Assembly (NCBI GenBank): GCA_963793945.1
Contig: CAWCCE010000001.1
Span: 525,716 to 589,715, forward strand
Direction: 5' to 3'
DNA from: an uncultured Acidobacteriota bacterium
GTDB taxonomy: Bacteria > Acidobacteriota > Terriglobia > Terriglobales > Acidobacteriaceae
DNA: 64,000 bases
The first letter of the stretch is position 1; each line of letters starts with the position of its first letter. The notes beneath the pieces are model-generated. The model was not told where the DNA came from and ran no database searches. It worked only from the letters and a program-made list of their open reading frames with translations. Both the position numbers and the translations under genes were made by a program. Shown in pieces: positions 17,113 to 26,800 of the stretch.

Positions 17113-18879
17113 ATGCAATCTCCGCATAAATCATTGATTTTTCTACTGATTCTCACGGCTGCCGTCAGCCTCGTCTCCGCGCCTTGTGTCCTCGGCGCGA
17201 CCCATCCCGTGCACGCCCAACACGGCATGGTCGTCACCGTGCACTCGATCGCGTCGCAGGTAGGGGCCGACATCCTGCAATCCGGAGGTAACGCCGTCGA
17301 CGCCGCCGTCGCTACCGGATTCGCCCTCGCCGTGGTTCATCCCCCCGCCGGAAATATCGGAGGCGGCGGATTCATGCTGATTCGCATGGCTGATGGCAAG
17401 ACGCACTTCCTCGACTATCGCGAGAAGGCACCAGCTGCCGCGACTCGTGACATGTACCTCGACTCCCAGGGCAACGTGATCCCCGGAGCCAGCGAGATCG
17501 GATACAAATCCATCGGTGTTCCCGGATCGGTCGCTGGCATGGTCTTCGCCGAGCAGAAATACGGAAAGCTGAGCCTCAAGCAAGTGATGGCGCCGGCCAT
17601 CAAGCTGGCCCGCGAAGGCTATGCCCTCACGTGGGGTGAAGCCGCTGACATGCACGATGAAGGCCTGGCGAAGTTTGCCGAGTCGCGCCGAATCTTCCAG
17701 CGCAACGGAGATTTCTACAAAGCGGGCGACATCTTCCGCCAGCCCGATCTGGCTCACACGCTTGAGCGGATCGCGGAGCATCCCGACGACTTCTACCACG
17801 GCGCTCTCGCCCGCGAAATAGCCGCCGCGCTGCAAAAGGGCGGAGGGCTCATCACCGCCGACGATCTCTCCCACTATGAAGTCAAAGAGCGTGAGCCTGT
17901 ACGCGGCACTTATCGCGGATACGAGGTCATTAGCGCTCCTCCGCCCTCGTCCGGCGGCACCGTCCTGATCGAGACACTGAACATTCTGGAAGGCTACGAC
18001 CTCGAGAAGATGCAGGACCGTTCCGCGCAATCGATCCACTACACTGTCGAGGCCTTCCGCCGCGCCTTCTTTGACCGTGCCGAGTTCATGGGTGATCCCG
18101 ATTTCGCCAAGATTCCTGTCGCCCAGCTCGTCGACAAGAAATATGCAGCAGCCTGGCGTGAGAGCATCGATCCGAATCACGCTAGCGTCAGCAACGATTT
18201 GAAGCGGCCCACTGTGTTCAACGAATTAGAGCAGTACGCCGCCTCACATCCACCGGCGATGACGGCGCACGAATCTAATCACACCACGCACTACTCGGTA
18301 ATCGACGCTGAGGGCAATGCCGTTGCCGTGACCACTACCATCAACGACTGGTTCGGATCCCGCGTCACTGCCGATGGCCTCGGTTTTCTTCTCAACGATG
18401 AAATGGACGACTTCTCCGCCAAACCGGGCGTTCCCAACTCCGATGGCCTGATTCAAGGTGTGGCCAATGCCATTGGGCCCGGCAAGCGCCCGCTCTCGTC
18501 GATGACTCCGACGATTGTTGTGCACGACGGCAAGACTGTTATGGTTCTTGGATCGCCCGGCAGCTCCAAAATTATTACCACTGTCGCCAACGTCTTGATG
18601 GGCGTCGTCGACTACGGAATGAACATCCAGGAAGCGGTCAACGCTCCGCGCTTCCACAATCAGTGGCTTCCCGATGTTGTGAACGTGGAAAAATGGTTTT
18701 CACCCGACACGCTGGGCGCTCTACGCATCATGGGGTACAAGATTCAAGTTGGCTTGGACGCCGCGGGCGATTCTCCCTATTGGAGCGACGCCGAATGCAT
18801 CGCTGTCGATCCCAAGACAGGTGACCGATTGGGTGCGACCGATGGGCGGAATAGTACGGGCAAGGCTGTAGGATACTAG
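17113..18879 (+). CDS. ggt: gamma-glutamyltransferase
   Basis: Signal peptide; GGNAVDAAVA; autoprocessing site (..HESNHTTHYSVID) and GSPGSS.I motifs; 588 aa. Confidence 0.93.
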   Translation: MQSPHKSLIFLLILTAAVSLVSAPCVLGATHPVHAQHGMVVTVHSIASQVGADILQSGGNAVDAAVATGFALAVVHPPAGNIGGGGFMLIRMADGKTHFLDYREKAPAAATRDMYLDSQGNVIPGASEIGYKSIGVPGSVAGMVFAEQKYGKLSLKQVMAPAIKLAREGYALTWGEAADMHDEGLAKFAESRRIFQRNGDFYKAGDIFRQPDLAHTLERIAEHPDDFYHGALAREIAAALQKGGGLITADDLSHYEVKEREPVRGTYRGYEVISAPPPSSGGTVLIETLNILEGYDLEKMQDRSAQSIHYTVEAFRRAFFDRAEFMGDPDFAKIPVAQLVDKKYAAAWRESIDPNHASVSNDLKRPTVFNELEQYAASHPPAMTAHESNHTTHYSVIDAEGNAVAVTTTINDWFGSRVTADGLGFLLNDEMDDFSAKPGVPNSDGLIQGVANAIGPGKRPLSSMTPTIVVHDGKTVMVLGSPGSSKIITTVANVLMGVVDYGMNIQEAVNAPRFHNQWLPDVVNVEKWFSPDTLGALRIMGYKIQVGLDAAGDSPYWSDAECIAVDPKTGDRLGATDGRNSTGKAVGY

Positions 18880-18984
18880 TAAAGCAATTGTTGATGGTTT
18901 GAATTCTGATTGTTGAGCCGCACGGCGCAACTCGGTTTGCATTCGTTCAACAATCATCATTCAGCAGTTTTCTGAGGGGCTTGC

Positions 18985-19806
18985 ATGCAGAAAGCAGTCT
19001 CAACTTATCTTTTCGTGAAAGAACGGCTGCACCCGGGCATACTGGACGGGCTCGCCCGCAGCGGCGTGCAGGCCATCGAGATATTTGCCGCCCGTCAGCA
19101 CATCGACTATGCCAACCGCAAGGCCCACGTAAAGGAAATTGCCGATTGGTTCAAGGGCAGCGGCATCCCGCTGAACTCCGTCCACTCTCCGCTTTATGCC
19201 GACTACGAGTGGGGACGTGCCGGTGCGCCTCCGATCAACATTGCTTCCACCGACCGCGCCGCGCGCGTCGAGGCCATGGACGAGATCAAGCGCGCTCTCG
19301 AAATCGCCGAGCAGATTCCATTCCGCTTTCTGGTGCAGCATCTGGGCGCGCCCAACGAAAGTTTCAGCGAGAAAAAGTTCGAGGCGGCGATGACTTCGAT
19401 CGAACACCTGCGCGCCTTCGCGAAGCCGCTCGGCGTCCGGATTTTGCTCGAGAACATTCCCAACGATCTCTCGACCCCCGACAAGCTCATCGAGATGATC
19501 CATGGTGCCCACTTCGACGATGTCGGAGTCTGTTTCGACTTCGGGCACGCGCACATGATGGGCTCGGTCGCCGAGGGATTCGAAATCCTGCGCAGTCAGA
19601 TCTGCTCCACTCATATCCACGACAACGACAAGATGAAAGACACGCACCTGTGGCCGGGGCAGGGAACCATCAATTGGAAAGAAGCCATGGAGTTGCTGCG
19701 ATCGGCCCCGCAAACGCCGCCCATGCTGCTGGAATTAGCGGAAGACGAAAAAGTAAATTCGTTAGAAAAGTTGCCGGAATTATTCGACCAGCTGGAAAGT
19801 CAGTAA
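18985..19806 (+). CDS. sugar phosphate isomerase/epimerase (xylose-isomerase-like TIM barrel)
   Basis: 273 aa. VQHLG....; ILLENIP; CFDFGHAHM; H+HDN pattern of the AP-endonuclease-2/TIM family. Confidence 0.8.
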   Translation: MQKAVSTYLFVKERLHPGILDGLARSGVQAIEIFAARQHIDYANRKAHVKEIADWFKGSGIPLNSVHSPLYADYEWGRAGAPPINIASTDRAARVEAMDEIKRALEIAEQIPFRFLVQHLGAPNESFSEKKFEAAMTSIEHLRAFAKPLGVRILLENIPNDLSTPDKLIEMIHGAHFDDVGVCFDFGHAHMMGSVAEGFEILRSQICSTHIHDNDKMKDTHLWPGQGTINWKEAMELLRSAPQTPPMLLELAEDEKVNSLEKLPELFDQLESQ

Positions 19807-19808
19807 GG

Positions 19809-19904
19809 ATTGAGAATTCTAGTAATTTCGTAATTGAGTAATTTTAAACGGCCGTGCAACACGATTTTAAATTGCGCAATTACTAAATTTCCCAATTGCC
19901 CAAT
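19809..19904 (+). repeat. AATTG/GTAATT word hairpin element, copy 1
   Basis: Arms ATTGAGAATTCTAGTAATTTCGTAATTGAGTAATTTTAAA and TTTAAATTGCGCAATTACTAAATTTCCCAATTGCCCAAT around an ~11-nt loop. Begins 3 nt after the upstream stop and ends 5 nt before the asnS ATG. Confidence 0.75.
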
Positions 19905-19909
19905 AAATT

Positions 19910-21235
19910 ATGTCCTCACCCGTAACCACCATCGCAGAAATCGGCAAACACGACGGCCAGTCCGTCACCATTCGCGGCTGGCTCTATAACCTGCGCGAAA
20001 GCGGGAAGCTACTCTTTCCTCAATTTCGCGACGGATCGGGAATCATTCAAGGCGTCGTCCCGAAGAACGCAGTCACTCCCGAAGTCTTCGACGCCATCAA
20101 GACGCTGACCCAGGAATCCAGCGTGATCATCGAAGGCAAAGTGCGCGCGGATAAGCGCGCCCCCGGCGGCTACGAACTCGACGTCGCCAACGTGCAGGTC
20201 GTCCAGCGCGTGCCCGAGTCTTCGCCTTACCCCATCACTCCCAAAGAGCACGGCACCGACTTCCTCATGGAGCATCGCCATCTCTGGGTGCGTTCGCAGC
20301 GGCAGGCGGCAATCCTGCGCGTGCGCGCGGAGATCATCAAGGCAGCCCGCGATTTCTTCGACGAACGCGGATTCACCCTCACCGATCCGCCGATCATCAC
20401 TCCTGCGGCCTGTGAAGGCACCACGACTCTTTTTCCAGTCGATTATTTCGACGAACAGGCCTTCCTTACGCAATCCGGCCAGCTCTACGTCGAAGCCACT
20501 GCGATGGCGCTCGGCAAGGTCTACTCCTTCGGCCCAACCTTCCGCGCGGAAAAATCCAAGACCCGCCGCCATCTCACCGAGTTCTGGATGGTGGAGCCCG
20601 AAGTCGCCTACGCGCAACTCGACGACGTGATGGATCTTGCCGAGGGACTCATCACATTCATCGTGAAGCGCTGCCTGGAAAAGCGGCGTGCCGACCTGCA
20701 AACGATCGGTCGCGACATTTCAAAACTCGAAAAGATTGAAGCTCCATTTCCGCGCATCAGCTATGACGACGCGGTAAAGAATCTCCAAGATGGCCATGCC
20801 AGCGGCAAGCTGGAGTCGAAATTTGAATGGGGCGGGGATCTCGGCTCGCCCGATGAGACCTATCTCTCCGCGCAGTTTGAAAAGCCGGTGATGGTGCACC
20901 GCTATCCGGCGAAGGTGAAGGCTTTCTACATGGAGCCCGACCCGCAGCGCCCAGACCTTGCCCTTTGCGTCGACGTCCTCGCGCCCGAAGGCTACGGAGA
21001 AATCATTGGAGGCTCGCAGCGCATGGCCTCGTACGAACTCCTGTTGCAGCGCATCCACGAGCACGGCCTCCCGGAAGAGGCCTTCAAGTGGTACCTCGAC
21101 CTGCGCAAATTCGGAAGTGTGCCGCACGGTGGATTCGGAATGGGCATCGAGCGCGCCGTAGCCTGGATCTGCGGCCTGGAACACGTCCGCGAAACCATTC
21201 CGTTCCCCAGAATGCTGTATAGGTTGTACCCGTGA
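19910..21235 (+). CDS. asnS: asparagine--tRNA ligase
   Basis: 441 aa class IIb aaRS. N-terminal OB fold. Motif [28 protein letters not shown] is AsnRS-specific; [13 protein letters not shown] is motif 3. Confidence 0.9.
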   Translation: MSSPVTTIAEIGKHDGQSVTIRGWLYNLRESGKLLFPQFRDGSGIIQGVVPKNAVTPEVFDAIKTLTQESSVIIEGKVRADKRAPGGYELDVANVQVVQRVPESSPYPITPKEHGTDFLMEHRHLWVRSQRQAAILRVRAEIIKAARDFFDERGFTLTDPPIITPAACEGTTTLFPVDYFDEQAFLTQSGQLYVEATAMALGKVYSFGPTFRAEKSKTRRHLTEFWMVEPEVAYAQLDDVMDLAEGLITFIVKRCLEKRRADLQTIGRDISKLEKIEAPFPRISYDDAVKNLQDGHASGKLESKFEWGGDLGSPDETYLSAQFEKPVMVHRYPAKVKAFYMEPDPQRPDLALCVDVLAPEGYGEIIGGSQRMASYELLLQRIHEHGLPEEAFKWYLDLRKFGSVPHGGFGMGIERAVAWICGLEHVRETIPFPRMLYRLYP

Positions 21236-21255
21236 CGAAAGATTGGGTAGAGGAT

Positions 21256-21352
21256 ATTGAGTAATCGGGAAATTTAGTAATTGTGTAATTTGAAAAACTA
21301 CCGTGTTTTGGCCTTTCAATTTCCCAATTGCTAAATTGCCCAATTACTCAAT
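21256..21352 (+). repeat. AATTG/GTAATT word hairpin element, copy 2
   Basis: ATTGAGTAATCGGGAAATTTAGTAATTG (21256-21283) pairs with CAATTGCTAAATTGCCCAATTACTCAAT (21325-21352); the reverse complements differ at only a few positions. Lies between the asnS stop and the arginase start. Confidence 0.8.
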
Positions 21353-21378
21353 ACGCTCAATCCCTGTCGATTGACCCT

Positions 21379-22311
21379 ATGACCACGACCTCCAGTATCT
21401 CGCCCCGCAAGATTCGCGTAATCGGTGTCCCACTCGATCTCGGCCAATCGCGCCGCGGCGTTGACATGGGACCGTCTGCCGTCCGCGTCGCCGGACTCGA
21501 AGCCCGCCTCGAAGCTCTCGGCCATGAGGTCGAAGACGGTGGTAACGTCGCGGTCGCCATCCCTGAGCAGAAAAAAGAAGGCGCTGCCAACGCCAAGTAC
21601 TTGAAAGAAATCACCGCGACCTGCACCAAGGAAGCGGAACTCGTCCTGAAGACTCTGGAAGCCGGGCGCGTGCCCCTTTGCCTCGGCGGGGATCATTCCA
21701 TGGCCGCCGGCACGGTTTCTGGAGTCGCCGAGTTCTACCACCGCCAGAATCAGCGCGTCGGCCTCATCTGGATCGACGCTCACACCGACATCAACACGCC
21801 CGATTCTTCCCCCAGCGGCAACGTGCACGGCATGCCGCTCGCCGCGCTCATGGGACTGTGGCCCGGAGACCTTGCCAACATTTATGACTTCACCCCCAAG
21901 GTGAAGCCCGAGAACTGCGTGCTCGTCGGAGTCCGTGACATCGACTCCGTCGAGAAGGAAAATGTCCGCCGCGCCGGCATCGGCGTCTTTACCATGCGCG
22001 ACATCGACGAACGCGGTATGCGTACCGTCATGGAAGAGGCCCTCCGCATGGCCGGACGCGGCACTGCCGGCTATCACATCTCGCTCGACATGGATTGGGT
22101 CGATCCCGAGGACGCGCCCGGTGTTGGCACTCCCGTCCGCGGAGGCGCCACCTACCGCGAGGCCCATCTCGCCATGGAAATCATCGCCGACCACGGCCGC
22201 ATGCTGAGTTTCGAAATCGTCGAAGTGAATCCCGTCATCGACGAACACAACCGCACCGCCGATTTGGCCGTAGAGCTAGCCCTGTCAGCCTTCGGTAAGA
22301 AGATCCTGTAG
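21379..22311 (+). CDS. rocF: arginase
   Basis: IRVIGVPLDLGQSRRGVDMGPSAVR; GGDHS; WIDAHTDINTP..S.SGN.HGMP; SLDMD..DP ureohydrolase Mn motifs. The ORF-track N-terminus (from 21328) lies inside the repeat element. Confidence 0.9.
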   Translation: MTTTSSISPRKIRVIGVPLDLGQSRRGVDMGPSAVRVAGLEARLEALGHEVEDGGNVAVAIPEQKKEGAANAKYLKEITATCTKEAELVLKTLEAGRVPLCLGGDHSMAAGTVSGVAEFYHRQNQRVGLIWIDAHTDINTPDSSPSGNVHGMPLAALMGLWPGDLANIYDFTPKVKPENCVLVGVRDIDSVEKENVRRAGIGVFTMRDIDERGMRTVMEEALRMAGRGTAGYHISLDMDWVDPEDAPGVGTPVRGGATYREAHLAMEIIADHGRMLSFEIVEVNPVIDEHNRTADLAVELALSAFGKKIL

Positions 22312-22335
22312 CCACGAAAAGTCGGCTAGAGTTTT

Positions 22336-22477
22336 CTATCCGTGAGAATCAGCGCGCATCCGTGGCCGTTTTCCCCTGTGCACCTCTGTGCCCCCTGGGT
22401 TGAATGGTTTTGCATGCTTCGGTAGCGACGGATCTACACGGATTCGCCACAGATAAGAGAAGAGCGGTCTATCCGTG
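22336..22477. repeat. composite word element, ATCCGTG / CACGGAT with CTCTGTG / CACAGA
   Basis: ATCCGTG at 22338, 22358 and 22471. ACGGAT x2 at 22428-22446. CTGTGC/CTCTGTG at 22374-22392 faces CCACAGA at 22447-22453. Lies between arginase and ddl. Confidence 0.6.
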
Positions 22478-22539
22478 TTACTTACGGAACCTCCCCTGCG
22501 ATTGACGCATCGCTCGCCCCGCGTCCAAACTGGATCGTC

Positions 22540-23730
22540 ATGGAAAAGCTACGAATCGGCATCCTATTCGGCGGGCGCAGTGGAGAGCACGAAGTTTCCC
22601 TGCTCTCAGCCGCCTCCGTCCTGAACGCGATTGACAAAGATAAGTACGAAGTCGTCCCCATCGGCATCACCAAAGACGGCCGCTGGCTCACCGCAGAGCA
22701 CGCCGAAAACCTGCTGACCGGCAAGTTGGTTCTCGAACCCCGCAGTCTCCGCGCCGGTGATCCTCAGAACACCGAAGCCGCCGCCGTTCTGGCTCGTGGA
22801 GAAGCCGTCGTCGTCCCGCCCGAGCCCGTCCACCGCCAAAGTGGCCTCGTCCCGTTCCAGACCGATGCCGCGCTCATGCGCCGTGCCTCCGATCGTGCCA
22901 TCAATGTCGACGTCATCTTCCCCGTGCTCCACGGTACCTTCGGCGAAGACGGCACCATCCAGGGCCTGCTCGAACTCGCCGACATCCCGTACGTCGGCGC
23001 CGGCGTTCTCGGCTCCGCGGCTGGCATGGACAAGGACATCATGAAGTCCCTCTTCATCGCCGCCGGAATCCCCATCGTTAAACACGTGACCGTCCTTCGC
23101 AGCGCTTGGGAGAAAGATGCGAAAAGAGTCGAGAAACTCGTCTCCAGCAAACTGAAGTATCCCGTCTTCGTGAAGCCCGCGAACCTCGGCTCTTCCGTCG
23201 GCATCAGCAAGGCGCACAATCGCAAGGAACTCGGTCCCGCCATCGAAGAGGCCGCTAGGTTCGATCGCAAGATCGTCATCGAGGAGGGAGTCGGCGGCAA
23301 CAACGCCAAAGCTCGCGAGATCGAATGCTCCGTCCTCGGCAACGACGAGCCAACCGCCTCTGTCCCCGGCGAGATCGTTCCCGTCAAAGAGTTCTACGAC
23401 TACAACGCGAAGTATCTCGACGAAGGCTCTCAGCTGATCATTCCCGCGAAGCTCGCCAAAGCCCAGACGAAGAAAGTGCAGGAGCTGGCGATCAAGGCAT
23501 TTCAGGCCGTGGATTGCACCGGCCTCGCGCGCGTCGATTTCCTGATGGACCCCAAGACCGGCAAGATTTTTCTCAACGAGATCAATACCATGCCCGGCTT
23601 CACCGCCATCAGCATGTATCCCAAGCTCTGGGCGGCTTCCGGCCTGGCCTACGTCGACTTGATCGATCGCCTGATCCAACTCGGCATCGAGCGCCATACC
23701 GACAAAAAGCAAAATCAATACAGCCGTTAA
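22540..23730 (+). CDS. ddl: D-alanine--D-alanine ligase (long DdlA/Van-type)
   Basis: KLRIGILFGGRSGEHEVSL.SA..V; FPVLHG.FGEDG.IQGLLE; ATP-grasp core; NEINT.PGFT..SMYPK+W C-terminus. Confidence 0.9.
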   Translation: MEKLRIGILFGGRSGEHEVSLLSAASVLNAIDKDKYEVVPIGITKDGRWLTAEHAENLLTGKLVLEPRSLRAGDPQNTEAAAVLARGEAVVVPPEPVHRQSGLVPFQTDAALMRRASDRAINVDVIFPVLHGTFGEDGTIQGLLELADIPYVGAGVLGSAAGMDKDIMKSLFIAAGIPIVKHVTVLRSAWEKDAKRVEKLVSSKLKYPVFVKPANLGSSVGISKAHNRKELGPAIEEAARFDRKIVIEEGVGGNNAKAREIECSVLGNDEPTASVPGEIVPVKEFYDYNAKYLDEGSQLIIPAKLAKAQTKKVQELAIKAFQAVDCTGLARVDFLMDPKTGKIFLNEINTMPGFTAISMYPKLWAASGLAYVDLIDRLIQLGIERHTDKKQNQYSR

Positions 23731-23765
23731 AGAATGTCGGACCTTGCGCCATCCCGTTTCCTTCG

Positions 23766-23793
23766 TGACCCTTAGTGTCCTTCGTGGTAAATG
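23766..23793. repeat. half copy (one arm) of the CACGAAGG word element
   Basis: CCTTCGTGACCCTTAGTGTCCTTCGTGG matches the right arms at 14172-14198 and 51362-51389. No partner arm nearby. Confidence 0.55.
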
Positions 23794-23816
23794 CCTTTGT
23801 TCCCGCACGAAGAAAA

Positions 23817-23840
23817 AGCCCACGACCGAAGCCGTGGGCT
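23817..23840 (-). terminator. intrinsic terminator of the large surface-protein gene
   Basis: AGCCCACG-8 nt-CGTGGGCT hairpin, followed on the minus strand by TTTTTCTT. Lies 24 nt after the stop at 23864. Confidence 0.7.
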
Positions 23841-23863
23841 TGAGTTACGTACCAACTAACCGG

Positions 23864-26800
23864 TTACGGCTGGAACTCCCACAGGTCTTGCAGGGAGTCG
23901 AAGCCGGTGTGCAGGTTCTTCGGCTGCGAGGCCAGCGAACCCAGGCCGAAGCCACCCATCAGCCATATATTGCCATTAGCGTCAGGCCACGCGGCTCCTT
24001 GTTGCCTGCTGCCAGGAGCCAGTGTCGACGCGGTTCCCGTGTAGATGCCCAGCTGATCACTCAACTCTGAGCCATCCATCCACGTCCATTCGCCTTGGCT
24101 GTACTTCCACAGATCGTTGAAGTAGCGCCCGCCGACTCCGGATCCGCCCAGGATCCAAACGTCGCCATTGGCAGCTTTCCAGCTTGTGGCGAAGCTACGC
24201 GAACCGGGGACATTGGTCGAGTCCGGAATGCCCTGCGTTCCGAAGTTCGCTCCAGCCTCGTTCGTCTGCGAGCCGCTTATAAACGTCCAAGTGCTAGTCC
24301 CTGGCGTGAACTTCCACAGGTCATTCATTACTCCGACATTGCCATTCACGTCATATGCGAGACCGCCGAAGAGCCAGAAGTTGCCGGACGAATCAAACCA
24401 CGAGTTTGCGCCGATTCGGGCTCCTGGTACCGCGCCTGCGCCGGAGTAAACGCCCTTCGCCTGGATGGTGCTCGATCCGCTCATCCACGTCCAGGTCGTG
24501 CCATTCCACTCCCACAGGTCGTTAAGGTAATCTTCGTTTCCTGCTGAGTCGGCACCGTACCCGCCAATCATCCAGAAATTGCCGGCGGCATCCTGCGCAC
24601 CCGTCGACCAGTATCGCGATCCGGGCGTCCCGGCATTGCCAATGCCGTTGTATATGCCGGCTTGGTTCCCCACGCTCGACGCCAGCGGTCCTTGCCACAC
24701 CCAGGTGTTGGTCGACGGCGTGTATTCCCACATGTCGTTGAATGGATCGGCGCTCGGACAGAAGCCTGTAACGTTATCCGCGACATATCCCCCGAACATC
24801 CAGAAGTTGCCCGAAGCATCGGTCCAGCTCAAGTAATCGGACCGAGCGCTGGGCGTTCCCGACTGACCCACAGCGGTCGGATACGCAAAGCACTGGCCTC
24901 CCTGAGACTGGCCGTTCTTGAAGTTCCAGTTCGTGCCGTCAAACATCCACAAGTCGCTCAGAACTGACTCGGCGCCGCCTCCCGACGTCTGGTTCACTGT
25001 CGGCCCGTTGATGTCGTAACCGATGCCGCCGAAGAGCCAGAAGTGACCCGAAGCGTCGATCCAGGTGTTTTCTCCGTATCGCGTTCCCGGTTCCAGCGGA
25101 GCGGTGCCGTAGTCTCCACCCACGGCCACTACATCCGCGCCGTTGATCCACGTCCACTCGCTGATGCAGACCACGACCACGTTCGTGACGTTGGCGGTCG
25201 CTGTTCCGGTGCCGTTGCTCACCGTGCAATTCTGATCAGGTTTCGTTGGCTGGGTGAATACGGTCACGCTGTAGGTCGCGCCGTTCGCAATCGCTGTCGC
25301 AAATGTGAAAGGTCCATTCGTCGTCAGCGTCAGATTGTCCGCATTGTTGTCCTGCAACACGACCCCGGTGCTGGCAACGTTGGCCGAAAGATCATAAAGA
25401 GTTCCGCCGATCGTTACCGTGCTTCCGGTGGCGCTGCAGGTTGCCGTGACCGTTACATTCGCCGTGATCACTCCCGTGCTGTTGGCGCTAAGCGTGCAAG
25501 TCTGCCCCGTTGGCTGCGTGAGAACAGTCACCGTGTAGGTCGCACCGCTCGCGTAAGTGTTCGAGAATGTCTGCGGCGTGTTGTTGGTTGTAAACGAAAG
25601 CTGAGCGCTCTGGTCGTCTTGCACAACCAAAGTGCCGCTCGTCAGACCCGAGGCTGTGACGCTGACCGTGAGAGGTGTCGTCGCCCCGCAGTTGACCGCA
25701 ACATTCGTGACATTCGCGTTGGCCGTTCCGTTGCCGTTGGTGACAAGACAGGTCTGTCCCGCTGGCTGCGTCTTAATCGTTACCGCGTACGTCCCGCCCG
25801 CCGAAATACTTTTCGCGAAAGTGAAGCCGCCGTTCGCTGAAAGCGACAATGTGTCGAACGTGCCGTTGTCCGATAACACAATTGTTCCAGTGGTCAGGCC
25901 GGAGAGTGTCCCGCCGATGGTGTAGGTCGTCGCCGCGCACGCTACAGTGACGTTCGTGACGTTCGCGTTGGCAACCACGCCGCTCCCATTGGTCACCGTG
26001 CAAGTCTGTCCAGCAGGAGCAGTCGTTACCGTTACTGCATATGCACTTCCGGAGGCAAGGAGCCGGTCGAACGTGAATGCACCGTTCGCTGCGATATTCA
26101 AACTGTCGAACGCGCCGTTATCCGCAAGAGTGACCGTAGTGCCGTTTGGAAGTCCGCTTAGAGTTCCACCGATGCTGTAGAGCGGAGCGCAGGTGACTGC
26201 CACGTTGGTTACGTTTGCATTGGCTGTACCAGTCCCATTCGCGACCGTGCAATTCTGGTCGGTCGGCTGGGTCAATACTGTCACCGCGTATGGACTGCCC
26301 GCAGCGACCGCAGTCGCAAACGTAAATGTTCCGTTTGCGCTCAGAGACAGGTTATCGCCGCCATTGTCCTGAAGTACCACCGTACCGCTCGTTAACCCAC
26401 TAAGTGTTCCGCCGATAGTGATGGTTCCAACGACAGGAGCGCAGGCGACCGTGACATTGTTCACGTCCGCAGTTGCGGTCCCGCTACCGTTAGTGACGGT
26501 GCAGCTCTGCCCAGCAGGCTGCGTCGCAACTGTAACGGCATAAGTGCTGGCAACCGGCTTCGCGAATGTGAAGGGACCATTCGAACTTAGGGCCAAACTG
26601 TCGAAAGAGCCGTTGTCAGCCAGCACGACAGTGCCGGTGAGACCAGACACTGTTCCGCCAATCGTGAAGCCGGGAGCCCCGCAAGTCACGCTAACGCTGG
26701 TGACATTTGCATTGGCCGTTCCGCTCCCGCCCGTCACCGTGCACGTCTGTCCGGAAGGCTGCGTCGCGACCGCGACACTATAAGCACCACCCGCATTGAC

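Noticed and set aside
22606-23823. 405-aa antisense ORF opposite ddl
   Set aside because: This is a typical high-GC shadow ORF (Gly/Asp/Ala/Arg-rich) with no motifs, and ddl on the plus strand is unambiguous. The same reasoning applies to 17143-18180, 32050-33033, 8700-9395, 14575-15267, 47684-48472 and 48491-49261.
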